Shown here piece by piece: positions 38,482 through 48,074 of a stretch of DNA of 64,000 nucleotides. Source of the DNA: Nitrosopumilaceae archaeon (GTDB lineage: Archaea > Thermoproteota > Nitrososphaeria > Nitrososphaerales > Nitrosopumilaceae). The stretch is from positions 160,001 through 224,000 of the forward strand of contig CBDCCK010000002.1 in the NCBI GenBank assembly GCA_965214835.1, given 5' to 3'. The notes under the pieces were generated by a model. That model was given only the letters and a program-made list of their open reading frames with translations, did no database searches and was not told where the DNA came from. The translations under genes and the position numbers were made by a program. How positions within the stretch are numbered: the first letter of the stretch is position 1; every line of letters begins with the position of its first letter.

Positions 38482-40108
38482 GGTACCTCCTGAGCACCTC
38501 CATTACCGCGTACGGCGTGTCTGCATTCTTTTCCACTGCCGAGTTGATGAATCCGATCCTTTTTGCCAGGTCGGCCTCCATGTCCGAGGACGCATCGCGC
38601 GCTCCCAGCTCCTTGAGCCTTACACTCTCTGAGGCCATCTCTTCTGCAGAGTCTCCCACATACCTGCCGCTTTTTGCGTCGTACTCGCAAAGCGTGTTGA
38701 GGCTGGCGCCCTTCTCGCTGTCCCATACCACCTCGTCAAATGATATGCACCGGCGCACCTGCATCCCGTCTGCATCCCTGACGACTGCAGGATTCAGCAT
38801 GAACCAGATGTGCGAGAACGACGCCGGATGCACGCCGTACTCGGATGTTATCTTGGACATCGCCCCCTGGCACGAGTATGAGTGAAATGACGAGAGCACG
38901 GCGTGGCCTGTTGATGCCACATCAAACAGCAGCTTTGTCGATATCCCCCGGACCTCGCCTACGGCTATCATCTGCGGCCTCTGCCGGAGCGAGGCGTTGA
39001 GAAACTGCCTGAAGCGGTCGTGGTATTTCTCGGAGGCTATGGGCACGTCTATGAGCAGCGGCACCCAGTCGCGCTGCGGTATCTGCAGCTCGGCGGCATC
39101 CTCTATGGATATGATCTTGGCAGAGTGGTGTATGAGGGGAAACAGCGTGTTGAGCAATGAAGTCTTGCCTGCGCCGGTCCCCCCCACGACCATCCCGGTC
39201 CCTGAGTTCTCCAGCATCTTCCAGATTACGGCTACTACCGACGCCGGGACTGTCCCGCCTTTTATCATGTCTGTCAGCGTGAACGGTCTGGACGACTTTA
39301 TGCGGACTGACAGCGCGTGTGAGGAGTTTGCAGTCACCTCGCCTGAGATTATCGATATGCGGTACTTTTCGCCGATGTTGAAATCAAGTATAGGATCGGA
39401 CGTGGACAGGTGCTTTCCGCCGTGGCGCGCCAGGCGGTCGAGGAACGCCCCCATGTGGCCCATGTTGCGAAACCCCAGGTTCGTGCGCAGCACCCCGTGC
39501 TCCAGGTACTTTCGGTGCATCACGCCGACCGATGTATAATCAGAGCACGTCACGTCCTCCAGGTGGTCTGTGTCCCGCATGGGCACATCAAGTATCTCGT
39601 GGCCCAGTATGTCGCGCGCGGCGTAGTATTTAGCAATGCCATAGTCCGGGTTTATCAGGTTGCGCAGTCCCAGCTCGTCTGCCCCTGCCAGTATGTTGTC
39701 CATCAGCTTGCCCTTGAGATCCTCGGAGTCCATCCGGGAGCCAGGCGGCCTGTCGATTATGTCCGATCTGAGAATTTTTTTGTAGTTCATGATGCGGTCG
39801 TACGCGCCGCGCGATTCCTCTGAGCTGAACTGCGGCTCGGACACAAGATACTGCATGTCCTGCGTGATGATCACCCGGGCCTCGCCGACCTTGTAGTCAT
39901 CCAGCGGTTCGGAGTCGCCTTTGACGTCTGCCGCAAAGGACTGCACATAGAACGAGTCGGTAGGCAGCTGCGGCTCCTGTGGTTTCTCCTTTTTGCCCTT
40001 CGGCTCCTGCCTCTTTTTTTTCCCGTCCTCCGGCCCCGGCTTTGCATCTGTCTTCTTGCTCCCCCCTCCTCCGGAAAGAAGCCTGATCCTCATGGAAGGC
40101 AGCTTCAT
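38471..40108 (-). CDS. Type II/IV secretion (VirB11/CpaF/ArlI-like) ATPase
   Basis: GGTGAGKT, SIEDAAEL, LRQRPQMIAVGEVRG, TGHAVLSSFH. Confidence 0.93.
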   Translation of the reverse strand: MKLPSMRIRLLSGGGGSKKTDAKPGPEDGKKKRQEPKGKKEKPQEPQLPTDSFYVQSFAADVKGDSEPLDDYKVGEARVIITQDMQYLVSEPQFSSEESRGAYDRIMNYKKILRSDIIDRPPGSRMDSEDLKGKLMDNILAGADELGLRNLINPDYGIAKYYAARDILGHEILDVPMRDTDHLEDVTCSDYTSVGVMHRKYLEHGVLRTNLGFRNMGHMGAFLDRLARHGGKHLSTSDPILDFNIGEKYRISIISGEVTANSSHALSVRIKSSRPFTLTDMIKGGTVPASVVAVIWKMLENSGTGMVVGGTGAGKTSLLNTLFPLIHHSAKIISIEDAAELQIPQRDWVPLLIDVPIASEKYHDRFRQFLNASLRQRPQMIAVGEVRGISTKLLFDVASTGHAVLSSFHSYSCQGAMSKITSEYGVHPASFSHIWFMLNPAVVRDADGMQVRRCISFDEVVWDSEKGASLNTLCEYDAKSGRYVGDSAEEMASESVRLKELGARDASSDMEADLAKRIGFINSAVEKNADTPYAVMEVLRRYHAS

Positions 40109-40770
40109 GGGATGGACACCTCCGCAAGAAATACCAGGAGGGCTGCCGCGTATGATGCCGTGATGTATACCATCCCGGGGTGCGCCGACGTCACATATAC
40201 CGTGTCCTCTGCAAGCCCGTCGGCTGCGCGCGTGCTCAGGTACAGCCCGCCGCTGCCGTCGCTGCGCTGGGCAGAGCGGACGTGCTCGTCTGTGTCCCTT
40301 TTGCGCCGCGCAAGCATGCTCCAGTATATCCGGCGCGCAGCAGATCCCGCGTTGCGCACGTCTCCGAACGGCCTGATATGGCGGTACGAGTCTGCCATGT
40401 TGTACGCCAGGTTTGTAGCAGTCCCCACTATCCCCTGCAGGATTACCACTCCAAAGAACAGGACTATCCCCGTCGGCAGCCCGCCTATGGCCGGCGTCGC
40501 CACAGAAGCTATCATGATTGCCACCGCATCACCTGCCGCAAACAGGCGCCCCGCGACGCCCACTATGCAGAATGCCGCAGCTGCTGCCAGCATCGCCGGA
40601 TCCGGGGCCCACGGCCTGGCGTGGGCCCCGTCATACTGCGGTACAACGACTGCAAGCGGCACCAGGACGGCAGCAGCTATCCCGAACGCCGCAAGCGGGA
40701 CGCTCCGGCGGCGCACGTCAAAGGCGCACAGTATTACAAGGCACGCAAGTACTGCCAGCTCCGCATACAT
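40105..40770 (-). CDS. A24-family prepilin peptidase
   Basis: AFDVRRRSVP and FAAGDA aspartate motifs, multi-TM, C-terminal PGMVYI. Confidence 0.8.
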   Translation of the reverse strand: MYAELAVLACLVILCAFDVRRRSVPLAAFGIAAAVLVPLAVVVPQYDGAHARPWAPDPAMLAAAAAFCIVGVAGRLFAAGDAVAIMIASVATPAIGGLPTGIVLFFGVVILQGIVGTATNLAYNMADSYRHIRPFGDVRNAGSAARRIYWSMLARRKRDTDEHVRSAQRSDGSGGLYLSTRAADGLAEDTVYVTSAHPGMVYITASYAAALLVFLAEVSIP

Positions 40771-40828
40771 GGCATGATCATCACCGGTAAAATATAAACC
40801 GGGTTTGCCTGCTGCGCCCGTCTCCTGA

Positions 40829-43429
40829 TCACATGCTGGTGTTTATGCTTGCAAACTGTATGGACGCGGTGGCGGACGCCTGTCCGTGCTGTGTACGGTC
40901 CCGGAACCCTGCCGGGAGTGGCGGATTGCTGCCATCCGCGCGTATCTGGTTGTAAAAGTAAAACTCGACAAAGTCCCCCTCGCTTACGGGTACCGACACG
41001 GTGTCAAATATCCTGACCTCCGGATACGCAAAGCGTGCCGTATGATACGTGGCGTACTGGCCTGACAGCCCTGCCTCGTGATCCGTTGCCGGGGTTTCGC
41101 TGAAGAATATCTGCATCCTGTAGGCCCCGTCAATCTGCTGCCGCTGCCCGTTGATGTATACCTCAAGCCATGCTGTCAGCGGATCACGCGGCCGTGGCGG
41201 CGGGGGCGGGATCGGTATGTTTTCAAACGTTCTCGTGTTCGTAATCTCGGATTCGCCAGATACGGAGGCCTGCACGTGTGCCTTCATCTGGCCGTCTGTC
41301 ACGGCCACCGCGTATGTCATTATTCCAGTCGTCGATTCGATCGATCCTATGAACGCGTCCTGGGACACGGTTATGGTGCTTGACGTCGGATCCGTGATCC
41401 TCAGCCCGGTTACGCCCAGCACGTCTGCTATGTTTATCGACGTGCCAACCCCGTTTATCGACAGGTGTATGGTCTCATACGCCGGAATGACCGGAATCAT
41501 GACTGCATCCCCCCCTCCATACCTGCCGTCCAGATACGAGAGCGGGATCTCGTCAAGTGTGATGCCGCTTACTTCAACCTGGCTGGGAACCGGAATCTTG
41601 ACGTATGCATGCGGCGTGTATGCCGTGCGCTCGGTTCCCGGAATCCTAAAGCTCTCCGAGTTCACCCGATCCATGATCAGCAGTCCCGACTGCTGGCCGC
41701 CTGCGTGCCGGTGCACCAGCGCCTCGTTGTACAGCCAAAGTCTCAGCTCCTCGCGTTGGACGTGGGCCGAGAACGAGTCGATTGTCACGCTGCCTTCCGA
41801 GATGCCTGCGCCTATGGTTGCCTGTCCGCTTGTAACCCTGTATACTGTACCCGCATCGATGCCGTCTATGCGAAGAAAGTCACGATCCTGTATGTCGTAT
41901 GCGCTTATTACAGACTGGCCTGCCTGCGTGCTGTCTATCACAAGGTACTTGTTCTGCAGTCCATCAAACTCGGCAGTAAAGGAACCTCTCATGACGTGGC
42001 CCTCCAGCTTTGCCGGAAGCGTGTCATATATGTAGTGGTTGTGATTTCCCACATTGTTATAGTTGGTCCTTAAAATCTTGCCTCCCGGTCTCGTTATAGA
42101 GTTTGGATCCATGGTCCACGCTGTGACATCGTCGCCCGTGACTGCAAGGTATCCGCTAGGATGTGATGCTATGCGCAGATTCGGCGTGGTGCTTATGTCG
42201 TGTGATCCCGTCTGTATGTATCTTCCCTTGCAGCACTTGCCATGATATACCACAAGTGATGCGCTCTGTGTGAATTCGTACAGGCATGATTTTACCGAGT
42301 CATCCACCGAGCCTGCCAGCACCTGCAGGCTGTCCGTGCCAGGATCCGACTGCGTGTGGCTTATGAGGAACCTTCCCTCAGAGAACGGTAGCGTCATCAG
42401 GTCGTAGGGGGACTCCACCACTCTGACCGTGGTGCCTTCGGCCGCAATGCCGTGAACGAGTGTCCTGGGTGCGACGTCTGTCAGCCTGAGTATGAGCCGT
42501 CCCTCTCCTGACACCGTTATTCCGTCCCCAGTGGAGGAGGCCGCAATGTCGCCGTGAATTGTCCTGGAATCCGTGTATCCCAGTGTGTTTGACGGGTTTG
42601 GCTTATTCAGGACTCCGTACTGGTTGAGAGTGTAGTCGTGATACGAGTAGGGGATGGGCCGCGAAAATATTATACCGTCGTCACTAATCACCGCCACGTA
42701 CTCTGCTTCGGCAGGCAACTGGATGTAGGGCCTCAGTGACTGCTCTGTGCCGATCGTCCCCGTGCCGTATATGACCTTTCCAGGCACGTCATGGTATACC
42801 AGACGCGCGCTTACTCCGAGTCCTGCCCCCATTGCCGTGCCGACCGCATCTCCACCGCCTCCTGGACCGCCTCCGAATCCCGTCCCGTTCACCCCGCCGT
42901 CAGGGCCCACAGGTATCTGCTCGCCGTCAGGCCCGGGCACCGTCCATCCGCCGTCCGTGCCGTTCCACGATGCCGGGCCGTATCCGCCGACGACGGGGAG
43001 ATCGACCGTAAACACGTTTCCGTATGACGTCACCACGTCTGCCCGCTCAAACCCCCCGAGATCCGGCAGGTCTGCCAGCCCCAGGCTTTTCTGCCCGCCG
43101 ACAGGCATGCTCATCGGCGTAAGCGTTGTGTCGTACCCGGTAAAGTTCCTGCCGGTACCGTCGTCCATTATTGCCCTGTAGGCTATGGCCCCGTCGGAGT
43201 CATAGAACCGCATCATGACTATTTCTGCCTCCTCTCCCCCGGCGTTTGTCAGCAGTATCTGGCCGTCAAACTGGAACTCCGGATCCACCTCCTCGAGCCG
43301 CTTGTCGGTGTCCGTCAGCGAGGACTCTGTGGATCTTACGCCGGCCTCGAGCATCGTGGATACGGCATACATCCCTGCCGCCATGATAAGCACCACTATT
43401 GCGGTAGCTATGAGCACCTGGTTCATCAC
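40829..43429 (-). CDS. Large exported protein with N-terminal pilin/flagellin-like segment
   Basis: N-terminal hydrophobic helix, LTNAGG...VVTSYGNVF motif, long beta-rich body. Confidence 0.8.
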   Translation of the reverse strand: MMNQVLIATAIVVLIMAAGMYAVSTMLEAGVRSTESSLTDTDKRLEEVDPEFQFDGQILLTNAGGEEAEIVMMRFYDSDGAIAYRAIMDDGTGRNFTGYDTTLTPMSMPVGGQKSLGLADLPDLGGFERADVVTSYGNVFTVDLPVVGGYGPASWNGTDGGWTVPGPDGEQIPVGPDGGVNGTGFGGGPGGGGDAVGTAMGAGLGVSARLVYHDVPGKVIYGTGTIGTEQSLRPYIQLPAEAEYVAVISDDGIIFSRPIPYSYHDYTLNQYGVLNKPNPSNTLGYTDSRTIHGDIAASSTGDGITVSGEGRLILRLTDVAPRTLVHGIAAEGTTVRVVESPYDLMTLPFSEGRFLISHTQSDPGTDSLQVLAGSVDDSVKSCLYEFTQSASLVVYHGKCCKGRYIQTGSHDISTTPNLRIASHPSGYLAVTGDDVTAWTMDPNSITRPGGKILRTNYNNVGNHNHYIYDTLPAKLEGHVMRGSFTAEFDGLQNKYLVIDSTQAGQSVISAYDIQDRDFLRIDGIDAGTVYRVTSGQATIGAGISEGSVTIDSFSAHVQREELRLWLYNEALVHRHAGGQQSGLLIMDRVNSESFRIPGTERTAYTPHAYVKIPVPSQVEVSGITLDEIPLSYLDGRYGGGDAVMIPVIPAYETIHLSINGVGTSINIADVLGVTGLRITDPTSSTITVSQDAFIGSIESTTGIMTYAVAVTDGQMKAHVQASVSGESEITNTRTFENIPIPPPPPRPRDPLTAWLEVYINGQRQQIDGAYRMQIFFSETPATDHEAGLSGQYATYHTARFAYPEVRIFDTVSVPVSEGDFVEFYFYNQIRADGSNPPLPAGFRDRTQHGQASATASIQFASINTSM

Positions 43430-43461
43430 CTATGAACGGGCGGTTCTATTAAGGCCGGATT

Positions 43462-44913
43462 CTACGGGTTCAGGAGGCCGGCTATGGCGTCCTGGATGGA
43501 TCGCACTGCCTGTCCCATTGCGTCAGTTATCTGCTGCTCCCACGACGGTGCAGTAGGATCCGGCCGGACGTCTTCTCGTTGCGGTGCAGGCGGCTCTTCC
43601 TGTGACTGTGATGGCGGCGGCGTGATCTGCCTGACTGCCTGTGACTGTGCCGGGTCAGGCGGCTGCGTGTCGGCGGGTTCGGATGGCGCCTGCGCCGGTC
43701 CGGGGTCAGGTGCCTGTGTGTCGATGGTGTCAGGTGCGGCGGTTATGGCATCCGGTATCTGATGCGATTCCTGATCCGTGCCGTCTGCCAGTGATGCCGC
43801 ATCCACCTCCTGCTCCTGCACGTCATCTGTCGGCGGCTCTGCGGTCCCGCCGTCGTCCCTGTCAGGCATGTCTGATGCCGCATCTCCCTCCTCCGCCTCC
43901 TCCAGGCCAGGATCCCCTTCCTGCGGCAGCCCCGTTCCGTCCCTGTCTGTCATTTCGTCAAGCACCGCGCCTATCACCTCGTCCGGATCGTCTCGCGAGC
44001 TGACGTCGACCCGTATGAACTCCCCGATGCTGCCGCCCGGATCCATGCCGTTGTACGACGTCATCCTGAACTCTGCCCCGTCATACGTATGCGAGAGGAA
44101 AGGTGACTCTACCGTCCCCTGGACAGGCAGCGGCACGTCGCTGTGAACCAGCAGCCTTGCCGAGTCGATTTCTCCAGAGACCACTATCGTATACTGCGTG
44201 GAATCCTCCCTGCCCGGCGTCATTGCCACGTCGTGTATGATCATCGTCGATCCCGCAGACGTCCTCGACGGGATCTCGTCGCCTATGGCCGGCCTGCCCA
44301 GTATGTGCCGCATGCCGGCATCCGTATATGGCCAGAGGACTGTATCTGCAATCATCCCCGGTATGGGACCGTGACCGAACGGATGCATGTTAAAGGCGTC
44401 ATCTGCCAGCAGTATCTCTGCCGTATCGGCCGTGCGCGCCTGCACCATCCAGACCTCCCCCGAGTGCATCTGGCCCCTTCCCAGTATCTCAAGGGACAAT
44501 ACATCGCACTCGTCCGCGCCGCTGATCCTGTCATGGCGGCAGAACTCGTAGACAAACTCGTCGCCCGTATCCCACCCATATTCCCATGATCTGGCGTGAT
44601 CCCCAAAATAGTAGCTGATGTTGGGCGCCGCCGCCTCCTGCCCCCAGGCAATCCACGGCAGCTGCAGTTGTTGTTCCGGCACAACAGTCCATGACGTGCA
44701 CGTCATCTGTATCTGATCTGACTGGGGCGCCATCTCCGACCCGTACATCGCAGTCATGTTTGATGATGACGTGCACGTCATCTGTATCTGATCTGACTGG
44801 GACTGTGGGGATGCCAGATTTGCCGCAATCCCCCCAAGCTCCGCCGACAGTATCACCACTGAGATTATGATCATCAGATTTAGTACTGCACCATATGAGA
44901 ATGTCATGCTCAT
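43462..44913 (-). CDS. Exported protein with acidic Pro-rich C-terminal region
   Basis: N-terminal TM, duplicated QSDQIQMTCTS, low-complexity tail. Confidence 0.75.
   Translation of the reverse strand: MSMTFSYGAVLNLMIIISVVILSAELGGIAANLASPQSQSDQIQMTCTSSSNMTAMYGSEMAPQSDQIQMTCTSWTVVPEQQLQLPWIAWGQEAAAPNISYYFGDHARSWEYGWDTGDEFVYEFCRHDRISGADECDVLSLEILGRGQMHSGEVWMVQARTADTAEILLADDAFNMHPFGHGPIPGMIADTVLWPYTDAGMRHILGRPAIGDEIPSRTSAGSTMIIHDVAMTPGREDSTQYTIVVSGEIDSARLLVHSDVPLPVQGTVESPFLSHTYDGAEFRMTSYNGMDPGGSIGEFIRVDVSSRDDPDEVIGAVLDEMTDRDGTGLPQEGDPGLEEAEEGDAASDMPDRDDGGTAEPPTDDVQEQEVDAASLADGTDQESHQIPDAITAAPDTIDTQAPDPGPAQAPSEPADTQPPDPAQSQAVRQITPPPSQSQEEPPAPQREDVRPDPTAPSWEQQITDAMGQAVRSIQDAIAGLLNP
44691..44801. 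repeat. Two identical 36-bp repeats 75 bp apart, each containing a 16-bp perfect palindrome
   Basis: ATGACGTGCACGTCATCTGTATCTGATCTGACTGGG at 44691 and 44766. Confidence 0.9.
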
Positions 44914-46139
44914 GGCGAGTCATCCTCCCCCTCCGGCGGCGAGGCCTCCAGCACGCCTCCTGCCCCGGTCAGGATCACCAGGTGCGCATCCGAGGACTGC
45001 GGGACCCTGCAGCGTATCTCCGTTATCACTCCTGCCGGAAGCCTCAGGTCGCGCTCGTTGATGTTGTTTGTCGTGCAGCCGTCCTCCTTCAGATGGCTTG
45101 CAGTGTATCCCTGCTCGCTGATGCCGTGTATGGTGGCCCCCGCACCAGAGGCCTCGACTACGATGTACGGGTTCTGCAGGGTGTTGGCAGGCGGCCATAC
45201 ATCAAAGTCAGGCGGGCCGATGGCAAACGTCTCGGAGCCCTGCACGCCGTTTGCATTGAGTGTCCTGTCGCTTGTGACCCACCAGACCGGCAGCGCGTCC
45301 ATGACCCGGTGGCAGTCCTCTGTGAACGGGCCGTCGTCGTGGATCTCTTGTGTCGGCTGCGAGTCCGCATATGCGCCAGGCGTTACCCTCTTTGCCTCAA
45401 GGCCCGCCTGGCGGATCGTCATATTTCCGGACGCGAATCCCGTGTCGCACGCCGTCCTGTCGCCTGATACGAACGTTGCGTCCCCTACCGAGTAGTCGCC
45501 ACTGTCATTGGGGAAGCTCGGGTGGTCAGGCCCGTACCATACGGGAGGCATGTTGCCGTACCTTAGCGTCTCGCGCTCCGAATGGTCCCCCATATCGTAC
45601 GCATCCAGCGCGGGCACGTACATCTCCTGCAGCTCCGCAGGCGTGTGGTCCGACGTGGCTATCCACCACCTGGCGACGCCCGTGCCGTTGAGCGTTACCG
45701 TATGCGTGCCCCCGCCGGGGACCCCGAGCGCAAACAGCTCCATCTGGCCCGGCAGTACCGCGTACTCTGCGTCGCCGGGCTCCGCTGACGTGTCAAATAT
45801 CCCCGCTATCCGGGCGTCGTTTTCCCCGTAGTTTGTTATGGTTACTGTAACGCTGGTCCAGTTCTGCCCGAGGGGCGCCCTGTCTACGGATACAATCTCC
45901 AGCTTTTCTGCAAGACCAGCTGCCTGCATCTCGTTGAGATCGACTATCGCAGAGGACATCGACTCGATGTGCTCGGACAGCCCCAGCAGCATCACCCCCA
46001 TGAATATGCCTGCAACTGCGGCCACCCCGAGGTACTCGTTGGTATAGGTTATGGCGTCGAGGCGGCCAAATGATGGAAGGATGGTGGTTGTCATTGACCC
46101 TGCGCTCGTACGCAACAGTCTGGCTACAGACTTCATCAT
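44910..46139 (-). CDS. Pilin/flagellin-accessory-like exported protein
   Basis: Hydrophobic helix, then EKLEIV...VTITNYGEN; CCTTAATAGA upstream. Confidence 0.7.
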   Translation of the reverse strand: MMKSVARLLRTSAGSMTTTILPSFGRLDAITYTNEYLGVAAVAGIFMGVMLLGLSEHIESMSSAIVDLNEMQAAGLAEKLEIVSVDRAPLGQNWTSVTVTITNYGENDARIAGIFDTSAEPGDAEYAVLPGQMELFALGVPGGGTHTVTLNGTGVARWWIATSDHTPAELQEMYVPALDAYDMGDHSERETLRYGNMPPVWYGPDHPSFPNDSGDYSVGDATFVSGDRTACDTGFASGNMTIRQAGLEAKRVTPGAYADSQPTQEIHDDGPFTEDCHRVMDALPVWWVTSDRTLNANGVQGSETFAIGPPDFDVWPPANTLQNPYIVVEASGAGATIHGISEQGYTASHLKEDGCTTNNINERDLRLPAGVITEIRCRVPQSSDAHLVILTGAGGVLEASPPEGEDDSP

Positions 46140-46170
46140 ATACCATACTGCCTGTCTATTAAGGACGCAA

Positions 46171-47157
46171 TCAGGCGTCGTTTGCGACAAAGACTACGAA
46201 CCTCCTTCCGCCCAGCGCCCCCTTCCACTCCTTGTACGTCTTGATGCTCTGCGACGTCATGACCGTCGGCGGAACGGAGTCTGCGCCGAGGAACTTTTTC
46301 TGCTTTGCAGACAGCGCGTACACCTGCTCGCCCCTGTCCCCCTCCAGTATCAGGACGTTGTCCTTTTCTTGGCGCGGGCCGATGTGCGTGTCCGTCACGA
46401 TATAGTCGCGCCCGCAGGCGCATCCGAACTCGCGCGCCGGAGCCGGCGCCTTGCGCTCCGCGCCGTCCACACCTTCCGCCGGCGCCCTGTCCTCCTTGGA
46501 TCGGCCGAGCATCTCGCGGAACACGCGCGGCGTGGGCCATCTAAAGTCCGACTTTGAGATGTATCCTGGCATGTTGCCTATCTTCTCTATTATTGTTGCC
46601 GCATCTTCGGCGTCAAGCTTGGCGATTGCGCGGAACAGCCACAGGGGGAACGTCGAGCGTATGCCGATTCCGTGCAGGTTCTGTATCATCCCCTCCAGCG
46701 CCGAGAGGGCGCCGGGCTCCATCCCTGCCTCGTGCATCTTTCCAAACGCCGCCGGCATGTACAGCATTGATGCGGCCTCCGCCGAGCCGCCGTACTTTGC
46801 GGCGTACGGATCCAGCAGCCTGACTATGGTCGCCGGGTTGGGAAAGCTCCTCTCTGAGAGTGTAAGCTTGCTTGCAGTGGCGTCCGACGCGGATATGAGC
46901 AGCGCCGGCACCTGTTCTACCTTTGCCTCCCTGGCGGCCGCATACACGTCGTATCTTGCCACCAGATCGTACCGTTTTTTGCCGCCCGGCCTTGACTCTG
47001 CCACTATCACAAAGAACAGCTTTTCTGCCTCCGAGCCCACAGCCCTTGTCGCAATCTCGACTGCCTCCCTTGACGGCCTGTCAACGACGTCCCTGGGCTT
47101 TGATATGTCGGATACGGATATGACGCGGTACTGGCCGACGGTCTCCTTGCTACTCAA
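46171..47157 (-). CDS. Degenerate ParB/Srx-like protein
   Basis: ISVSDI...VIVAE...YDLVARY..YAAAREAKVEQVPALL resembles the ParB N-domain without an intact GxxR. Confidence 0.55.
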   Translation of the reverse strand: MSSKETVGQYRVISVSDISKPRDVVDRPSREAVEIATRAVGSEAEKLFFVIVAESRPGGKKRYDLVARYDVYAAAREAKVEQVPALLISASDATASKLTLSERSFPNPATIVRLLDPYAAKYGGSAEAASMLYMPAAFGKMHEAGMEPGALSALEGMIQNLHGIGIRSTFPLWLFRAIAKLDAEDAATIIEKIGNMPGYISKSDFRWPTPRVFREMLGRSKEDRAPAEGVDGAERKAPAPAREFGCACGRDYIVTDTHIGPRQEKDNVLILEGDRGEQVYALSAKQKKFLGADSVPPTVMTSQSIKTYKEWKGALGGRRFVVFVANDA

Positions 47158-47818
47158 TGTACTCCTCCATTATGGCGCGCGCGGCCTTTACCTTGGCGTC
47201 GGCAGACGTCTGCGGCATGTCTCCGAGCATCTTGGCTACGGCCATGTGGTGCTCGGGCCTCACGTGCTTGCGGATCAGATACCGCTCTGACGGCTCCCAG
47301 TCCGGCTCCATCAGGTTGAGCCGGACGGCGCACGGCTTGATGTTGTATATGACGTCTCCGGGCTTCATCTGGCGGTGGTACCCGAATGTGGATCTTACGG
47401 CGTCTATTATCTCGTGCAGATCGCGCGGCATCTCGTGGAACTGTGCGGCCTGGTAGATGCAGAATGCGACCGTCTGCGCGACCCCGAGCTTGTGCGGCCT
47501 GAGCCTGCGCCACATCTCATGCGCGTCGCCTGCCGCGCACTCTGACATGTTCAGCTTCTCGCAGGCCCTCCTGAAGGAGACCTCGTGGCGGTCCCTCCTC
47601 CTCATCATGCCTTCGGTCCTGATCCCCGATATGTGCTGCAGTTTCAGTTTGGGATCGACGAGCCTCTCGCCGCCAAGCGGGAACGAGGACGGCGCCACCG
47701 GGACTTCGGCGCCCTCGTGTATCTCGTCCTCGAGAACCATGCCGCACCTGCCGCAGCACGACTCGTGATCTGCCGTTATGATATTGGTAGAGTTGCACCT
47801 GTTGCACCTGGTTTTCAT
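47150..47818 (-). CDS. Truncated transcription factor IIB (TFB)-like protein
   Basis: CNRCNS...CGRCGMVLED zinc ribbon plus one cyclin fold (CEKLNM...A...AFCIYQAA...PRDLHEI). Confidence 0.8.
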   Translation of the reverse strand: MKTRCNRCNSTNIITADHESCCGRCGMVLEDEIHEGAEVPVAPSSFPLGGERLVDPKLKLQHISGIRTEGMMRRRDRHEVSFRRACEKLNMSECAAGDAHEMWRRLRPHKLGVAQTVAFCIYQAAQFHEMPRDLHEIIDAVRSTFGYHRQMKPGDVIYNIKPCAVRLNLMEPDWEPSERYLIRKHVRPEHHMAVAKMLGDMPQTSADAKVKAARAIMEEYIE

Positions 47819-48074
47819 CTGTAGCCAACCACTACCATTGGTGCACTATTTAAGCATCAGCACACCTGTGTGCGGTAAAATGTCCCGAAACATCCCCATG
47901 GTTTCAAACTTTGGCCGCACCGGCAAGCTACCAAATCCGTGCCATGACAGTATGACATTCAAACTGTGGAAGTGAATGTGTGATGTGGTTCGTTGTTGAT
48001 CGGTTGTCGTACTTGTCCTTTAAATACCAAAACTCACCGTTAAAGGGTGCTACCTAGCACTCTTTCACGGTGAC

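Noticed and set aside
35781-46139. Archaellum (arl/fla) operon
   Set aside because: No ArlH RecA-like ATPase, no archaellin N-terminal motif and no chemotaxis genes
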